Shown piece by piece: positions 1 to 10,998 of a DNA stretch of 64,000 nucleotides. Each line of letters opens with the position of its first letter. Position 1 is the first letter of the stretch. The notes below the pieces were generated by a model. That model did not search any database. It saw only the letters and a list, made by a program, of their open reading frames with translations, and was not told the origin of the DNA. The translations under genes and the position numbers were made by a program. Source of the stretch: an uncultured Phycisphaerales bacterium (lineage in GTDB: Bacteria; Planctomycetota; Phycisphaerae; Tepidisphaerales; Tepidisphaeraceae); assembly GCA_963758525.1 (NCBI GenBank), contig CAVWVQ010000003.1, positions 3,936,001 to 4,000,000 on the forward strand, given 5' to 3'.

Positions 1-330
1 GCGCTGGCGTACTTCCTGTACACGTCGCGCGGCCAATACCGTCTCTCCGGCCAGACCCTCCACGTGCCCGGCCACGATCCCATTCCCGTCGATGCGATCA
101 CGCTGATCGACAAATCCAAATGGGAGCGGAAGGGCGTTGCGAGGATCGAGTACGAACCGGTGCCAAGCGTGCCGAGCGGCTCGGGCGAGCCCGCGCGGAC
201 AGAGGGAAAGCCGCGGCAGTTCCAGCTTGACAATTTCGTCTATCAGGAAGAGCCGACGCGGCTGATCCTCAAGCGGCTGGAGGACGCGCTGTTTCCGGAG
301 GAGCAGGGGCCGCAGGAAGGGTCGACGTAG
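1..330 (+). CDS. Hypothetical protein, C-terminal part (5' end outside window)
   Basis: Frame is open from base 1 (ALAYFLYTSRGQYRLSGQTLHVPGHDPIPV...) to TAG at 328-330, with host-like GC-rich codons. Confidence 0.7.
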   Translation, partial: ALAYFLYTSRGQYRLSGQTLHVPGHDPIPVDAITLIDKSKWERKGVARIEYEPVPSVPSGSGEPARTEGKPRQFQLDNFVYQEEPTRLILKRLEDALFPEEQGPQEGST

Positions 331-416
331 AGCGAGTCTGGAGGGGCGGTTCAGAACCCGTATAGTGCTCGCGCACAATTAACTTGATCAATCGAAGCCA
401 CCGGTGACGGAATTAC

Positions 417-469
417 GTAGCACAGCCGTCTCGGCTGTGGCCGAATCACAGCCGACACCGCTGTGCTAC
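417..469. repeat. GTAG-type REP doublet (REPIN-like)
   Basis: GTAGCACAGCCGTCTCGGCTGTG followed by the inverted copy CACAGCCGACACCGCTGTGCTAC, between convergent genes. Confidence 0.65.
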
Positions 470-568
470 AGGGGAATCGCCCTCCGCTGCCATCGAAGGC
501 AGTGAGAATCCACTCTCGGGACTTGCTGCGTTTACCTTTACGGACGCGAGCGCGGGAATTTGAAGTGC

Positions 569-598
569 AAAAAAAGCCCGGCCATTTTGGCCGGGCTT
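569..598 (-). terminator. Intrinsic terminator of the DUF2617 gene
   Basis: AAGCCCGGCCA-TTT-TGGCCGGGCTT hairpin with a T7 tail on the minus strand. Confidence 0.8.
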
Positions 599-624
599 CT
601 TCTGTGAGAGATTTTCGACGCTGC

Positions 625-1209
625 TCAGACGCCTTTGAGGACTTCGATAATCGCCTGGGTCTTCATGACCAGCAGGCTCTCGTCGAAGAGGTGGAAGCTC
701 TGAACGAGCAGCTCATGGCTGCGGCGTTCGATATCAAGAACGCTGAGGTATCCGCCGCCATCAGCGGTCGGAGCGCTTTCGGCTGACATCAGCTCGCGAC
801 GATCAGCATAAGTGCTGATCTCCTGGCGGGTTGCGTCATAAAGCGTCTGAGTGAGCTGTTCTTCCTGGGTGCTGATCATGTAGCGAATGTTGTCGCCGAC
901 GTTCATCTCGTGATACTTCTCGCCGCGACAGGGGATCGACTGGAGGAAGTTGCGCTCGATGAGCGGATCATGATTGGTGGCAATGACTTCCGTCAATGCG
1001 GTCTTGCCAGCTACGAAGCTGATCACATGGCCGCCCTCGACGAGCCAGATATCCGCGTTATACGCGCGGCGGCTCACCTGATCGGTAGCGAGGATCTTGA
1101 ACAGCTCCGGATGGAGCGTTCGCTGGTACAACAGGAGGGTCAAGCCCCCGGCACGACGTTGTTTGGTTCGATTCGGCATGGCATCCATGCTCTTTCTAGG
1201 AGAACTCAT
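625..1209 (-). CDS. DUF2617-family protein
   Basis: LYQRTLHPELF...GHVISF...SFH pattern typical of this planctomycete/actinobacterial family. Confidence 0.65.
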   Translation of the reverse strand: MSSPRKSMDAMPNRTKQRRAGGLTLLLYQRTLHPELFKILATDQVSRRAYNADIWLVEGGHVISFVAGKTALTEVIATNHDPLIERNFLQSIPCRGEKYHEMNVGDNIRYMISTQEEQLTQTLYDATRQEISTYADRRELMSAESAPTADGGGYLSVLDIERRSHELLVQSFHLFDESLLVMKTQAIIEVLKGV

Positions 1210-1441
1210 GTGTTCCCTGGTTAAAAGGAATTATAGGGCGTCGCCGCCCCCGGAAGATGATGCGCCACTGCGGGTATTTCGAGTCAACAAAAAAGGGAAG
1301 CAAGCCGAGTCATCCATAACTGGGCCTACTACCCGCCGGATCATCTTGATCTCCGCCCAATGCGGATTTCGATCGAAGAAGTATAGAAATATCAGTCACG
1401 AAAGACTAGATAAATTTTCCTGCACATCTTTGCCACGTCAA

Positions 1442-2191
1442 TCAGAGCAACGTGATAAACAGGTCGTAAAAGCAGTGAGAACCTGCGGTTATGCCGAATC
1501 CACGCATCAAAAATACCACCCCAAAATAGGCGCCTGCAATTGTTCGGAAGATGAACGTCTGGAGCTGAAAGTGTTCGTTTGGGCTCAAGTAATGGTAGGC
1601 AGAGAAGGATATGGCCGAGGTTGCCACCACTAATAGATGGGTCGCGGTACGCCCTGCTTTGAGCAGATCGCGCAGCAAGAGGCTCAGAAGTGCGAAAAGG
1701 GCGAGCCGGAAAAAGAACTCCTCGTAGACGCCTGCCCCTAGCGCCAGGATCAGCCTGTCGGCGCGGGGCCCTGCCACCGCCGCCAAGGGAAAGTACCGCG
1801 GCAGGGCGATGCCCAGCAAAATCAGTGGGATGGTCAACAGCCCGCTCTCCACTGCCATTCCCAGAAGCACCCGAATGTCGATCTCCCAGGAATCCTTGCG
1901 TGCGATATGCCAGGCCAGCAGGACACCGGCAACCGACATCGCTGGCAGGTGGCGTCCGTCGGCCCCCACGAACGCAAAGAACCGCTGCATCAGGTTGAAC
2001 GCAATGATCTGCTCATCCCGCCCATGTCGCGCGGCCGTGGTAAAATAGCGAGTTCCAACTTCGTAGAGAACAATCAATGGCAACAAGAAAACGAGGCTGA
2101 TCAGCGGCATTTCGGAACGGCCGAGATAATTGAACGCAGCCTCCTGCACGGGAGCCGCCGTCGTTGCCGGCGCGCTGATGGCCCGGGTCAT
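1442..2191 (-). CDS. CPBP (Abi/CAAX protease) family intramembrane glutamic endopeptidase
   Basis: Multiple TM helices; motifs GVYEEFFFR, FSAYH, HCFYD; ATGA overlap with the fliM stop. Confidence 0.85.
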   Translation of the reverse strand: MTRAISAPATTAAPVQEAAFNYLGRSEMPLISLVFLLPLIVLYEVGTRYFTTAARHGRDEQIIAFNLMQRFFAFVGADGRHLPAMSVAGVLLAWHIARKDSWEIDIRVLLGMAVESGLLTIPLILLGIALPRYFPLAAVAGPRADRLILALGAGVYEEFFFRLALFALLSLLLRDLLKAGRTATHLLVVATSAISFSAYHYLSPNEHFQLQTFIFRTIAGAYFGVVFLMRGFGITAGSHCFYDLFITLL

Positions 2192-3222
2192 GTGGCCTCC
2201 CCGTTTTTCTCGGCTTTGGTCGCCTCGGGAGTCTGGCAGGCCCGCGTGATCTTCACCGAGCGGTTGCCGCGAAACTGCCCAATCTGCCCCAAAAACTTGT
2301 TTCGTCCCTCGACTTGGATCAATACGTCCCGCCGGCAGTCTTTTTCGGTGGTGATCAGATCACCGACCTGCAGCGACAGCAGGTCTTCCAGCCGCATCGT
2401 CGTCTGAGCGAGGAAGGCACGCGCTTCGACCGGGGCGTTTTGCACCGAGCGGGTGAGCTTTCGCGACTGATCGTCCTGCCCGGTCTTCCGCTGATACGTG
2501 AACCAGTTCTGCGCGTTGAGCACGCCCATGATCGGCTCGATGACGTTGTAGGGAATGCACAGGCTCATTGTTCCGGCGCGGTTGCCCATCTTCAATTCAA
2601 AGCCAACCACCACCACCGTTTCGTTTGGCGGAACGATCTGCACGAGCTGCGGGTTGCTCTCAAAATCCTGTACGGAAAACGTGACCGGCGTGAGGTTGCT
2701 CCATGCTTCAGAGAGATGGTGCGTGGCCCGATCCGTGATGCGTTGCACGAGCCGTTGCTCGATCTGGGTGAGCGGACGCTGCGGGATGAACAGGTCGGCG
2801 TTGCTGCCGCCGAGCAGACGATCGATGATCGGATAAATGATCAGCGGGCTGATTTCCAGGCAAAGCTGCCCGTCGAGTTGCTCGGCCTTGAGCAGATTGA
2901 AGCAGGTGGGGTTGGGCAGCGAATGGATAAATTCGCTGTAGGTCAGTTGCTCGATGTGAGCGACGGATACTTCGATAATGGTGCGCAGATACCCGGAGAT
3001 GGCTGCGCCGAAGTTTCGTCCGAAGCCTTCATGGAGCCCTTCGAGGGCTCGCATCTGATCTTTGCTGACGCGCTCGGGGCGCTTGAAGTCGTAGATCTGT
3101 ACGCTGACCTGGCTGGTTCCATTGCTGCCGAAAATATTGGGCGCGGGTTCCTGCGCCACCTGCCCGCTATCGACCGCGGCAAGCAGTGCGTCCACCTCGG
3201 ACTGATCTAAGACATCCGCCAA
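2188..3222 (-). CDS. fliM: Flagellar motor switch protein FliM
   Basis: N-terminal LDQSEVDALL CheY-binding motif, YDFKRPERVSKDQ, LLGG, C-terminal SpoA domain. Confidence 0.95.
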   Translation of the reverse strand: MADVLDQSEVDALLAAVDSGQVAQEPAPNIFGSNGTSQVSVQIYDFKRPERVSKDQMRALEGLHEGFGRNFGAAISGYLRTIIEVSVAHIEQLTYSEFIHSLPNPTCFNLLKAEQLDGQLCLEISPLIIYPIIDRLLGGSNADLFIPQRPLTQIEQRLVQRITDRATHHLSEAWSNLTPVTFSVQDFESNPQLVQIVPPNETVVVVGFELKMGNRAGTMSLCIPYNVIEPIMGVLNAQNWFTYQRKTGQDDQSRKLTRSVQNAPVEARAFLAQTTMRLEDLLSLQVGDLITTEKDCRRDVLIQVEGRNKFLGQIGQFRGNRSVKITRACQTPEATKAEKNGEAT

Positions 3223-3738
3223 CGGTTAGGCCTCCGTGCCTCTATTCGTTCATTATCGGACGTTTGGGTCAATTTAATAAAGAATCGTGCGCGAATACGA
3301 TCGTGCAAAAGGTGATGCTGCCCCGCGGTAAGGCGGCTAAGAGATTCTCAACAGCGCACTGTCGCGCGTCGTGGCAAAGATAGCAGCAAAACGATCTGAA
3401 CGAAATGCACTGGGGCGCAGGCGCTGGCATTTGGCGTTACGCCAGGCCATCCCAGCGTTCCGGCGCCTCGCGGATCGCATCGAGCCGGGCGCGCGCGTCT
3501 CGCTCCCCCTGGGGCGATTTCGCGGGCAAAGCGGCCTGCAAGGCCGTCCGTTGCATTGAAGCCGGGGAAATCGGCGCAGCCGGGCCGACGGGTCGAGGCG
3601 AAGGATTGAAACGGTCTGAGTTGCCCATAGTCGATTTCTCGTTGCGACAACATGCAATCGGATCGACTTGGGAGCAAATTAAGCTCGATTTGGAAACAGG
3701 GAGGGGGGCGGGGCTGGGAAGGACGGAGATGGCTCGAT

Positions 3739-3952
3739 AAACCCGAATGACGAAACCCGAAACCAGAATCAAGCCCGAATGACGAAACCCGAAACCAGAA
3801 TCGAAATCGCCATGGAGCGGACTGGTTGCAAGCTCAATTTCCGGCAGTTGAAACGCGGCAAAGAAGCGAACCGCGTCGGGCTTTAGCGATCGTATCATTC
3901 GGACTTCGTCACTCGGGCTTGATTCTGGTTTCGGGTTTCGTCATTCGGATTT
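3739..3952. repeat. Inverted pair of short tandem repeats
   Basis: CCCGAATGACGAAACCCGAAACCAGAATC twice at 3739-3802; reverse-complement block at 3905-3948. Confidence 0.8.
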
Positions 3953-5220
3953 TATCGCACGTGCCCCTCGCCGGTAACGATCCACTTGGAGCTGGTCAGA
4001 TCCGCCGCGCCCATCGGACCGCGGGAATGCAGCTTATCGGTGCTGATGCCGATTTCCGCGCCCAGCCCGTACTCCCCGCCGTCGGCGAACCGCGTGCTGG
4101 CGTTCACGATGACGCTGGCGCTGTCCACCCGCCGGGTAAACTCAGCGGCGCTGGTGATCGATGGGGTCAGAATCGCGTCGGTGTGCCGGCTTCCGTATTC
4201 ATTGATGTGCTCCACGGCTTCGTTGAGCGAATCGACGACCTTGATCGCGACAATTAATGCCAGATACTCCAGCGGCCAGTCACCGTCGGTCGCGGGCTCT
4301 GCCGCGGGATACAGTTTGCGCGTTGGCTCGTCGCCGCGGATTTCCACCCCCTTGGCAGCCAGGTCGGCGCAGACTTTCGGAAGCAATCGCTCCGCGACGT
4401 CTTTGTGAAATAGTATTTTCTCGACCGCGTTGCATACCGCGCCGCCGGGATAACTGGTCTTCGCATTCACGCAGATCTCGCGCACCTGCTTTTCCATCGT
4501 CTGGGCGCCGGCATCGACGTAGATATGACAATTGCCGGTGAAGTGTTTGAGCACCGGGATCGTCGATTCCTTTACGACCGCGCGAATCAGGCTCTCGCCG
4601 CCGCGGGGAATCACCAGATCGATGTAGCGATCGAGCTTGAGCAGCACCGGCACCAGCGCGCGATCGGTCGATTCGACCAGTTGCACCGCCGCCGGATCGA
4701 TGTGCGCGTTGGCCAGCGCCTCGGCAATGATCAGCGCAATGGCGCGGTTGGAATGAAACGCTTCTTTCCCGCCGCGCAGGATGATCGCATTGCCGCTCTT
4801 GATGCAGAGCGCCGCCGCGTCGCTGGTGACGTTGGGCCGGCTCTCGTAGAAGAACAATACGACCCCGAGCGGGACGCGCACCTTCTGGATGCGCAGTCCG
4901 TTGGGCCGAACGTAGCCCTCGATGATTTGTCCCACCGGATCGGTCTGGGCCGCGATTTGCTCGACGCCGCTGGCCATCGCGGCAACTCGCTTCTCATCAA
5001 GCTTGAGCCGCGCGACCAGCGCCGGCGCGAGCCCCGCCTCCTGGGCCGCTCGAATGTCGTGCGCGTTGGCCGCGATCAACTTCGCGCTCTGCTCACGGAT
5101 GGATCTGGCAATCTCCCGCAGCGCATCGCTGCGTGTTTCGCCGCTGAGAGAAACGAGTTGTGCCGCGGCCCGACGCGCCGCGATTCCAAGGGTTTGAGCG
5201 TAAGCGACGTGATCTTCCAT
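3952..5220 (-). CDS. proA: Gamma-glutamyl phosphate reductase
   Basis: VPLGV..YESRPNVT, LRGGKEA, IPRGG, CNAVE, NASTRFADG, GAEIGISTDKLHSRGPMG. Confidence 0.95.
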   Translation of the reverse strand: MEDHVAYAQTLGIAARRAAAQLVSLSGETRSDALREIARSIREQSAKLIAANAHDIRAAQEAGLAPALVARLKLDEKRVAAMASGVEQIAAQTDPVGQIIEGYVRPNGLRIQKVRVPLGVVLFFYESRPNVTSDAAALCIKSGNAIILRGGKEAFHSNRAIALIIAEALANAHIDPAAVQLVESTDRALVPVLLKLDRYIDLVIPRGGESLIRAVVKESTIPVLKHFTGNCHIYVDAGAQTMEKQVREICVNAKTSYPGGAVCNAVEKILFHKDVAERLLPKVCADLAAKGVEIRGDEPTRKLYPAAEPATDGDWPLEYLALIVAIKVVDSLNEAVEHINEYGSRHTDAILTPSITSAAEFTRRVDSASVIVNASTRFADGGEYGLGAEIGISTDKLHSRGPMGAADLTSSKWIVTGEGHVR

Positions 5221-5258
5221 GTCAGGGTGATTGTAGCAGCGGAGCCGCACGCGGAAAG

Positions 5259-6398
5259 CTATTCAGCCGCGCGGCGTTCGACGAGCTTGTAGGTGATGGT
5301 GCGTTGGGCAAAATCGGGGCTGACATGCACATCCGGCGGCAGATCAAAATGCAGGCGCGCCGTCTGATCCACTCCAACCATCGACAGGTTGGGATTCACC
5401 TCGAATGTTGCCTTGGGCGTCAGTGGATAGGTCTTTGTCTGCAGCGCGTTGATCTGATCTTCCGGCCCGCTGACGACGACGTTGGTCAGTGACGGCGGGT
5501 CATAGACGGCCTTATATTTGTCGTCAACCACGGGGGGCACGATCGCCCAGATTGGAATCGCCTCCAACACCAGAGTGGCGTCCGATTTCTTGATTTCGAC
5601 ATGCGCGGAAACCGTGGTGGGTGAAATAGTCAGAAGGCTGTCTGTGAACGGAACGGTCAGAGGCACGCGCGGCAAATCGTGAGCCCCGGGAGTGAGCGGT
5701 TCGCTTGCCTCGTTGATTTGAGCGTATGCCACCAGTTTGTTCGATGCTTTCGCATTGGCGATCACCGAGCGAGGGGCGCGGATATGGACTTTGCGGGGCG
5801 TGAAGCTGGGAGCGGCGGAAAAGTTCTTCCCGTCGGGCGCCGCCTGCACCTCGACCTCAACGTCATCCAGCGCATCGACATTGACAGTCAGGTCCGGCGG
5901 AATCACGTTGCTCACGGTGATTCCGTTGTTCCGAAAAACATCCAGGTCGTTGATCAAGGCCCCTGACATCTGATGGTTGCCGGTGCTGGAGAGGCTCGAT
6001 TGCGGAACGTCGATCTGGAGGGTGGGAGCCAGCGCAAGCTGCTCGCGAATGTGCTGCATGTTGGCATTTGCGCCGGCGAGGTCGACCGTGATCTTCCCGT
6101 TGGCCGGGTCGACAAGCCGCACGACGCGCGTCGGATCGGAGCTGCGCAGCGAGATGCTGATCGTGAACGGCTGCGGCAGCGCGATATCTTCCTGCTCGGC
6201 ATACACCCAGATGACGACCGAAAGGGGCGCCACCCAAAGCAGCGATTTGAGCCCGCTCAGCACCGACGCCAGCGAGAACGTCTGCCGCGCCCATGCACGC
6301 AGGCCCAGCAGCACGTCGCGCGTAAACGAACTGTGCGGATTGCGCGAAGCAGCGCGGTCCTTCGAAGTCTTCGCTTTGTCCGATGGCGTGGGGCTCAT
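5259..6398 (-). CDS. CdaR/YbbR-like membrane-anchored protein
   Basis: One N-terminal TM helix then repeated beta-rich P..V.V.GP-type modules; directly downstream of the diadenylate cyclase. Confidence 0.65.
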   Translation of the reverse strand: MSPTPSDKAKTSKDRAASRNPHSSFTRDVLLGLRAWARQTFSLASVLSGLKSLLWVAPLSVVIWVYAEQEDIALPQPFTISISLRSSDPTRVVRLVDPANGKITVDLAGANANMQHIREQLALAPTLQIDVPQSSLSSTGNHQMSGALINDLDVFRNNGITVSNVIPPDLTVNVDALDDVEVEVQAAPDGKNFSAAPSFTPRKVHIRAPRSVIANAKASNKLVAYAQINEASEPLTPGAHDLPRVPLTVPFTDSLLTISPTTVSAHVEIKKSDATLVLEAIPIWAIVPPVVDDKYKAVYDPPSLTNVVVSGPEDQINALQTKTYPLTPKATFEVNPNLSMVGVDQTARLHFDLPPDVHVSPDFAQRTITYKLVERRAAE

Positions 6399-6424
6399 AG
6401 GTTTGCCGACCTTGCTTTGCTCAC

Positions 6425-7249
6425 TCAGGCGGCCTCCCGAAACGAATCTCCGTGGCCGCGGTTGAGCAGTTCGCTCAACAGGCCACGAAGTCCTTCCGGC
6501 GTCAGTTTGCGAATCAATTGCCCTCGCTCCGCGATGCTGATGTCTCCGGTCTCTTCCGAGACAATCATAATCACCGCGTCCGTCTCCTGGCTCATCCCGA
6601 CCGCGGCCCGATGCCGGGATCCCAGCTCCTTCTCAAGTTCGCCGCTCTCGGCAAGGGGAAATTGCACTCCCGCGTACGCGACCCGTCCGTTGCTGATGAC
6701 TACTCCCAAATCGTGGAGCGGGGAGTTCGGCCAGAAGATTGTATTCAGCAGATCGGCGGAAAGATCGGCGTTGAGCCGCGTGCCGCTCTCGGCGATACCG
6801 CCGAGCCCAACTTCCCGCTCGATCGCCACCAGCGCGCCAATTTTTCGTCGGGAGCAAAATGTGGCCGATTCGACCAGCGCTTCGATCTCCTCGTCGATTT
6901 CCTGATAGCGTCTGAAGATGCTCGCCTCACCAAGCCGCATCAGCGCACGGCGCAGCTCAGGCTGGAAAACCACGACCACCATCAATGACACCGCGAAGAG
7001 AAGCTTGTTATAGAGAAATTCAACGCGCCTCAGGTCGAATCCAGCCCCCAGCAGATGAACGATCAGAAACAGCGCGACGAGAATAAATCCGATGCCGCGC
7101 AACATTCGCGCGCCGCGCGTTCCCCGCAGGAAGCGGACGACCCAGAAAACGACCAGCCCGATGAGGATCAGCTCGATCGCAATGCGCCACCACGGGATGT
7201 CATGGATCTGGCGGAGAAACTGCGAAATGTCGAGAAAATTTGATGGCAT
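6425..7249 (-). CDS. cdaA: Membrane diadenylate cyclase CdaA (DisA_N domain)
   Basis: Three TM helices, VFQPELRRAL, GALVAIER, SPLHD, GSRHRAA, VSEETG. Confidence 0.9.
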   Translation of the reverse strand: MPSNFLDISQFLRQIHDIPWWRIAIELILIGLVVFWVVRFLRGTRGARMLRGIGFILVALFLIVHLLGAGFDLRRVEFLYNKLLFAVSLMVVVVFQPELRRALMRLGEASIFRRYQEIDEEIEALVESATFCSRRKIGALVAIEREVGLGGIAESGTRLNADLSADLLNTIFWPNSPLHDLGVVISNGRVAYAGVQFPLAESGELEKELGSRHRAAVGMSQETDAVIMIVSEETGDISIAERGQLIRKLTPEGLRGLLSELLNRGHGDSFREAA

Positions 7250-7371
7250 TGGCGCTTAGGGTCGACAAGACGCCGACGATCGGTCGGGCCGCGGCAGCAT
7301 GCACACCATGCCGAGGCAATCATGGAGCAACGTATTCTCGGACTATATTACGGCCGGTTTGCAGTAGCTAG

Positions 7372-8235
7372 CTACCGGTGCCCCGGCAAAAATTGCGCGC
7401 TTCCCGTTTGTATCGCCCGGATCATATATGCCACTTGAGACATCGGGCCAACGTCATGGACACGCACGATCGCCGCGCCGTTTGCCAACGCCCACGCCAC
7501 CGACGCGGCGGTGCCGAACAATCGTTCCGCAGTCGAATCGGACGTGACTTTCGCAATGAAACCCTTGCGGCTGGTCCCGGCGACGATCGGCAGGTCCAGC
7601 GCCGCCAGATCCTTCAGTTGCCGGAGCAGTTCCAAATTGTGCTCGACGGTCTTTCCAAACCCAAAGCCCGGGTCAACGAGAACCAAGGATTTCGCAATGC
7701 CGGCTTCGACAGCGGCGGCAACGCGTTGCGCAAGGAACTCGCGAACCTCCATGACAACATTGCGATACTCCGGCGCGACCTGCATCGTAGCCGGCTCACC
7801 CTGCATGTGCATCAAAATGACCGGGACTCGCCGGTCGGCAACGAGGGGAAACATCGCCGAATCATCGCGCCCCGCGGAAATGTCATTGACGACGTTCGCG
7901 CCGCAATCCAGCGCGGCCGCCGCGACCGGCCCCAGCGTCGTATCGATTGAGATGACAACCGGAACCTGCGCGCGAATCGCCCGCAGCACGGGAACGACGC
8001 GCGCGATTTGCTGGTCGGCAGAGACGCGCACCGAGCCCGGCCGCGCTGATTCGCCGCCGACATCGAGCCAGTCCGCGCCGGCGTCGACCATCTGCCGCGC
8101 GCGTGCGACCGCGGCGGCGGGCTCGAGAAATCGTCCGCCGTCGCTGAAACTGTCGGGGGTGATGTTCAGGATCCCCATGACCAGCGGCCGACGCCGTTGA
8201 TCGCCGAGCCACGCTGAAAGATCGCTGGGAATCAA
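7372..8235 (-). CDS. folP: Dihydropteroate synthase
   Basis: MGILNITPDSFSDGG, DVGGES, SIDT, NDISAG, DPGFGFGK, GTSRK, VRVHDV; TTG start at 8235 is inferred. Confidence 0.95.
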   Translation of the reverse strand: MIPSDLSAWLGDQRRRPLVMGILNITPDSFSDGGRFLEPAAAVARARQMVDAGADWLDVGGESARPGSVRVSADQQIARVVPVLRAIRAQVPVVISIDTTLGPVAAAALDCGANVVNDISAGRDDSAMFPLVADRRVPVILMHMQGEPATMQVAPEYRNVVMEVREFLAQRVAAAVEAGIAKSLVLVDPGFGFGKTVEHNLELLRQLKDLAALDLPIVAGTSRKGFIAKVTSDSTAERLFGTAASVAWALANGAAIVRVHDVGPMSQVAYMIRAIQTGSAQFLPGHR

Positions 8236-8243
8236 GGAGTGTA

Positions 8244-8693
8244 TTACTCGATGAGATTTTTCTCGAAGACGATGAGATTGTCTGCGTGCGTCGAATCCCA
8301 TCGAATCCCGACGAGATCGAACCCGAGCGAAACCGCGAAGTGTACAAATTCCCGCTGATGATTCATGCACTCGCAGCGGACGTATTCGTAACCGTGATCC
8401 TTCGCCCAGGCCTGCTGCGCTTCCTGCAGCTGCCGGCCGACTCCGTGGCGGCGCAAATCAGAGACGACCGCCCCGAGCCAGTGATAAAACATTCCGGGCT
8501 TGAGCTCAAAGCCAATCCAGAATCCCACCGGCTTGTCGTCCATCCGGGCAAGAAGAGTCAGCGCGTTATAGCGGCCCATGAATCGGCGTTTGAAAAAATC
8601 CACCTCGCGACGCGGACGAAAGACCGAGTTGTACAACTCGACCGCCTGAGGCAGCAGTCGTTCGTCGGCGATAATGATCTCAGCCTGAGCCAC
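8244..8693 (-). CDS. GNAT family N-acetyltransferase
   Basis: Acetyl-CoA motif A (V..DLRRHGVGRQL) and C-terminal SLGF. Confidence 0.85.
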   Translation of the reverse strand: MAQAEIIIADERLLPQAVELYNSVFRPRREVDFFKRRFMGRYNALTLLARMDDKPVGFWIGFELKPGMFYHWLGAVVSDLRRHGVGRQLQEAQQAWAKDHGYEYVRCECMNHQREFVHFAVSLGFDLVGIRWDSTHADNLIVFEKNLIE

Positions 8694-8949
8694 TTTTCAA
8701 AGTCTCCAAATGAGCGCAGCCGGCAGTATAGCGGGAATCGGGGGGGATTCCATTTTGTGAGGAGCAAGGGGATTGGGAACGGATCGGCGAGCAAGAAATG
8801 AAGGGGACAATTCGGATGAAACTCCCACTTTTAGCTTTTTCATTTTTCACTTTCCATTTTTCATTGAGCGGGGAGGCTGGAGGCGCGCAAATAAAAAAAT
8901 GAAAAATGAAAAGTGAAAAAGTTTAACTGGCGGTCCCGCTGACCCCTCC

Positions 8950-10998
8950 CTATCCCGGCGCCGGCAGCGGCCCGCCGCCGAGGCCGGGGCGGACGTCGGG
9001 GTCGCGATCGGTTGCCCCAGGCGCGATAACGGTGCCGCGGCGGGGCTGCTCCTTTTCCAGCAGATCCGCGACGGTCGGCTTCGTCAGGATTTCGCCGCGC
9101 ATGACGCGATCGACGTCATTGGCGTCAATAATCTCGTAGTTCATCAGCGCCTTGGCGAGCGCGTCGACGCGGTCTCGATTGGTAATCAGCAGTTGACGAG
9201 TCTCTTCGTACAGGGAGTCGATCAGCTTTTTCACTTCCTCGTCGATGATCCTGGCGGTCTCTTCGGAGTATTCCCGGCCGCCGGGGCCCATCTCAAACAT
9301 GCCGGGGCGGTTGTCCTCGTCGCCGTAATAGATGAAGCCCATGCGCTCGTTCATGCCCCAGTCGCGCACCATCTTCCGGGCCAGCCCGCTGGCCTGACGG
9401 ATGTCGGCAGACGCCCCGGTGTTCACGTCGTTGCAGAACATCTCCTCGGCGATGCGTCCGCCGAAGTACGTTTTCATGGTGGCGATGCACCAGTTGCGCG
9501 AGAGGTTGTTGCGGTCCTTCTCGGGAAGGGCCATCGTCGCTCCGCCGTAATTTCCGCGGGGAATGATCGTCACCTTGTGAATCGGGTCGGCATATTTCGT
9601 GAGGTATTGCACGACGGCATGGCCCGCCTCGTGATAGGCGGTCGCAAGCTTGTCCTTCTCATCGATCACCCGGCTCCTGCGCGCCCGGCCCCAGCGGACC
9701 TTGTCGCGCGCCTCTTCCAGGTCGTCCATCTCGATGTATTCCTTGTTCGCGAGCGTCGCGCCCAAGGCTGATTCGTTGATGATCGCGGCCAGATCCGCGC
9801 CGCTAAAGCCGGGAGTGGCGCGGGCAAGGCGCATCAGATCGACATTGGGCCCGAGCTTTACCTTGCGGCTGTGGACGCGCAGGATTTCCATGCGGCCCTT
9901 GATGTCTGGGAGTGGAACATAGATCTGGCGGTCGAAGCGGCCGGGCCGGGTGAGGGCGGGGTCGAGCACGTCGACGCGGTTGGTGGCGGCGCAGACGATA
10001 ACCTGGTCGTTGGTGTCAAAGCCATCCATCTCCACGAGAATGGCATTCAGTGTCTGCTCGCGCTCATCGTGTCCGCCGGAGGAGAACCCGCTGCCGCGGC
10101 GGCGTCCGACGGCGTCAATTTCGTCGAGGAAGATGATGCAGGGGCTGTTGTCCTTGGCCTGCTTGAACAGGTCGCGGACGCGCAACGCGCCGACGCCGAC
10201 GAACATTTCGACAAAGTCCGAACCCGAAATGCTGAAGAACGGCACGTCCGCCTCGCCGGCGATGGCCTTGGCCAGAAGGGTTTTGCCGGTGCCCGGCTCT
10301 CCGACCAGCAGCACGCCGCGCGGAATACGGCCGCCGAGGCGCTGGAACTTCTTGGGGTTTTTCAGGAACTCAACGATCTCCATCACCTCTTCCTTGGCCT
10401 CTTCAATGCCGGCCACATCGTCGAAGGTGACGTTGGTGTGCTCCTTGCTGGTGATCTTGGCTTTGCTCTTGCCAAACGTACCGAGCATTCCGCCCGCGCC
10501 GGCGCTATTGCGCAGTTGCCGGAAGACAAAGAACCAGACGAATCCAAAAATCAGCAGCCATGGAATCAGCGGGGCAATCACCTGGAGCAGGAAGTTGTTC
10601 TGGTTGTCGACGTTGACCGAAGCGGTGCCGCGATGGAGGTAGACGTACTCGGTGAAGTTTTGCCAGCCGGCGGACCCGGAGGGGATCGGCGTCCGGAAGA
10701 ATGTTACGTCCTGTCCCTTGTTGGGGATTTTTTCCGGGCCGCGAAATTTGCCGGAGAGGTCGTCGGTGTCGATCGTAAGCGTTTCGACTTTGTCGTGTTC
10801 CAGGCGGGTCAGGAATTCATCGAGCGAAACCTGCACGTAGTTGCTGCGATTCCTGTTCAGCAGGATGATGAGCATGATCGCCAGCGCGACGAACAGAACC
10901 CATCCCATCAGGCCGCGCCCAAAAGGAAGTCCGCCTTTGGTAATGCCCGGGCGGCGCGGTTTCGACGGGATGGGGCGATCTGGTTTTTGCTCACTCAT
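8950..10998 (-). CDS. ftsH: ATP-dependent zinc metalloprotease FtsH
   Basis: Two TM helices, [28 protein letters not shown] motif, HEAGH zinc site. Confidence 0.97.
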   Translation of the reverse strand: MSEQKPDRPIPSKPRRPGITKGGLPFGRGLMGWVLFVALAIMLIILLNRNRSNYVQVSLDEFLTRLEHDKVETLTIDTDDLSGKFRGPEKIPNKGQDVTFFRTPIPSGSAGWQNFTEYVYLHRGTASVNVDNQNNFLLQVIAPLIPWLLIFGFVWFFVFRQLRNSAGAGGMLGTFGKSKAKITSKEHTNVTFDDVAGIEEAKEEVMEIVEFLKNPKKFQRLGGRIPRGVLLVGEPGTGKTLLAKAIAGEADVPFFSISGSDFVEMFVGVGALRVRDLFKQAKDNSPCIIFLDEIDAVGRRRGSGFSSGGHDEREQTLNAILVEMDGFDTNDQVIVCAATNRVDVLDPALTRPGRFDRQIYVPLPDIKGRMEILRVHSRKVKLGPNVDLMRLARATPGFSGADLAAIINESALGATLANKEYIEMDDLEEARDKVRWGRARRSRVIDEKDKLATAYHEAGHAVVQYLTKYADPIHKVTIIPRGNYGGATMALPEKDRNNLSRNWCIATMKTYFGGRIAEEMFCNDVNTGASADIRQASGLARKMVRDWGMNERMGFIYYGDEDNRPGMFEMGPGGREYSEETARIIDEEVKKLIDSLYEETRQLLITNRDRVDALAKALMNYEIIDANDVDRVMRGEILTKPTVADLLEKEQPRRGTVIAPGATDRDPDVRPGLGGGPLPAPG

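Noticed and set aside
10170..10200. Fts[10 protein letters not shown] (Leu for the usual Ser) as a functional variant
   Set aside because: A single TCG-to-TTG change cannot be distinguished from a base-calling error.
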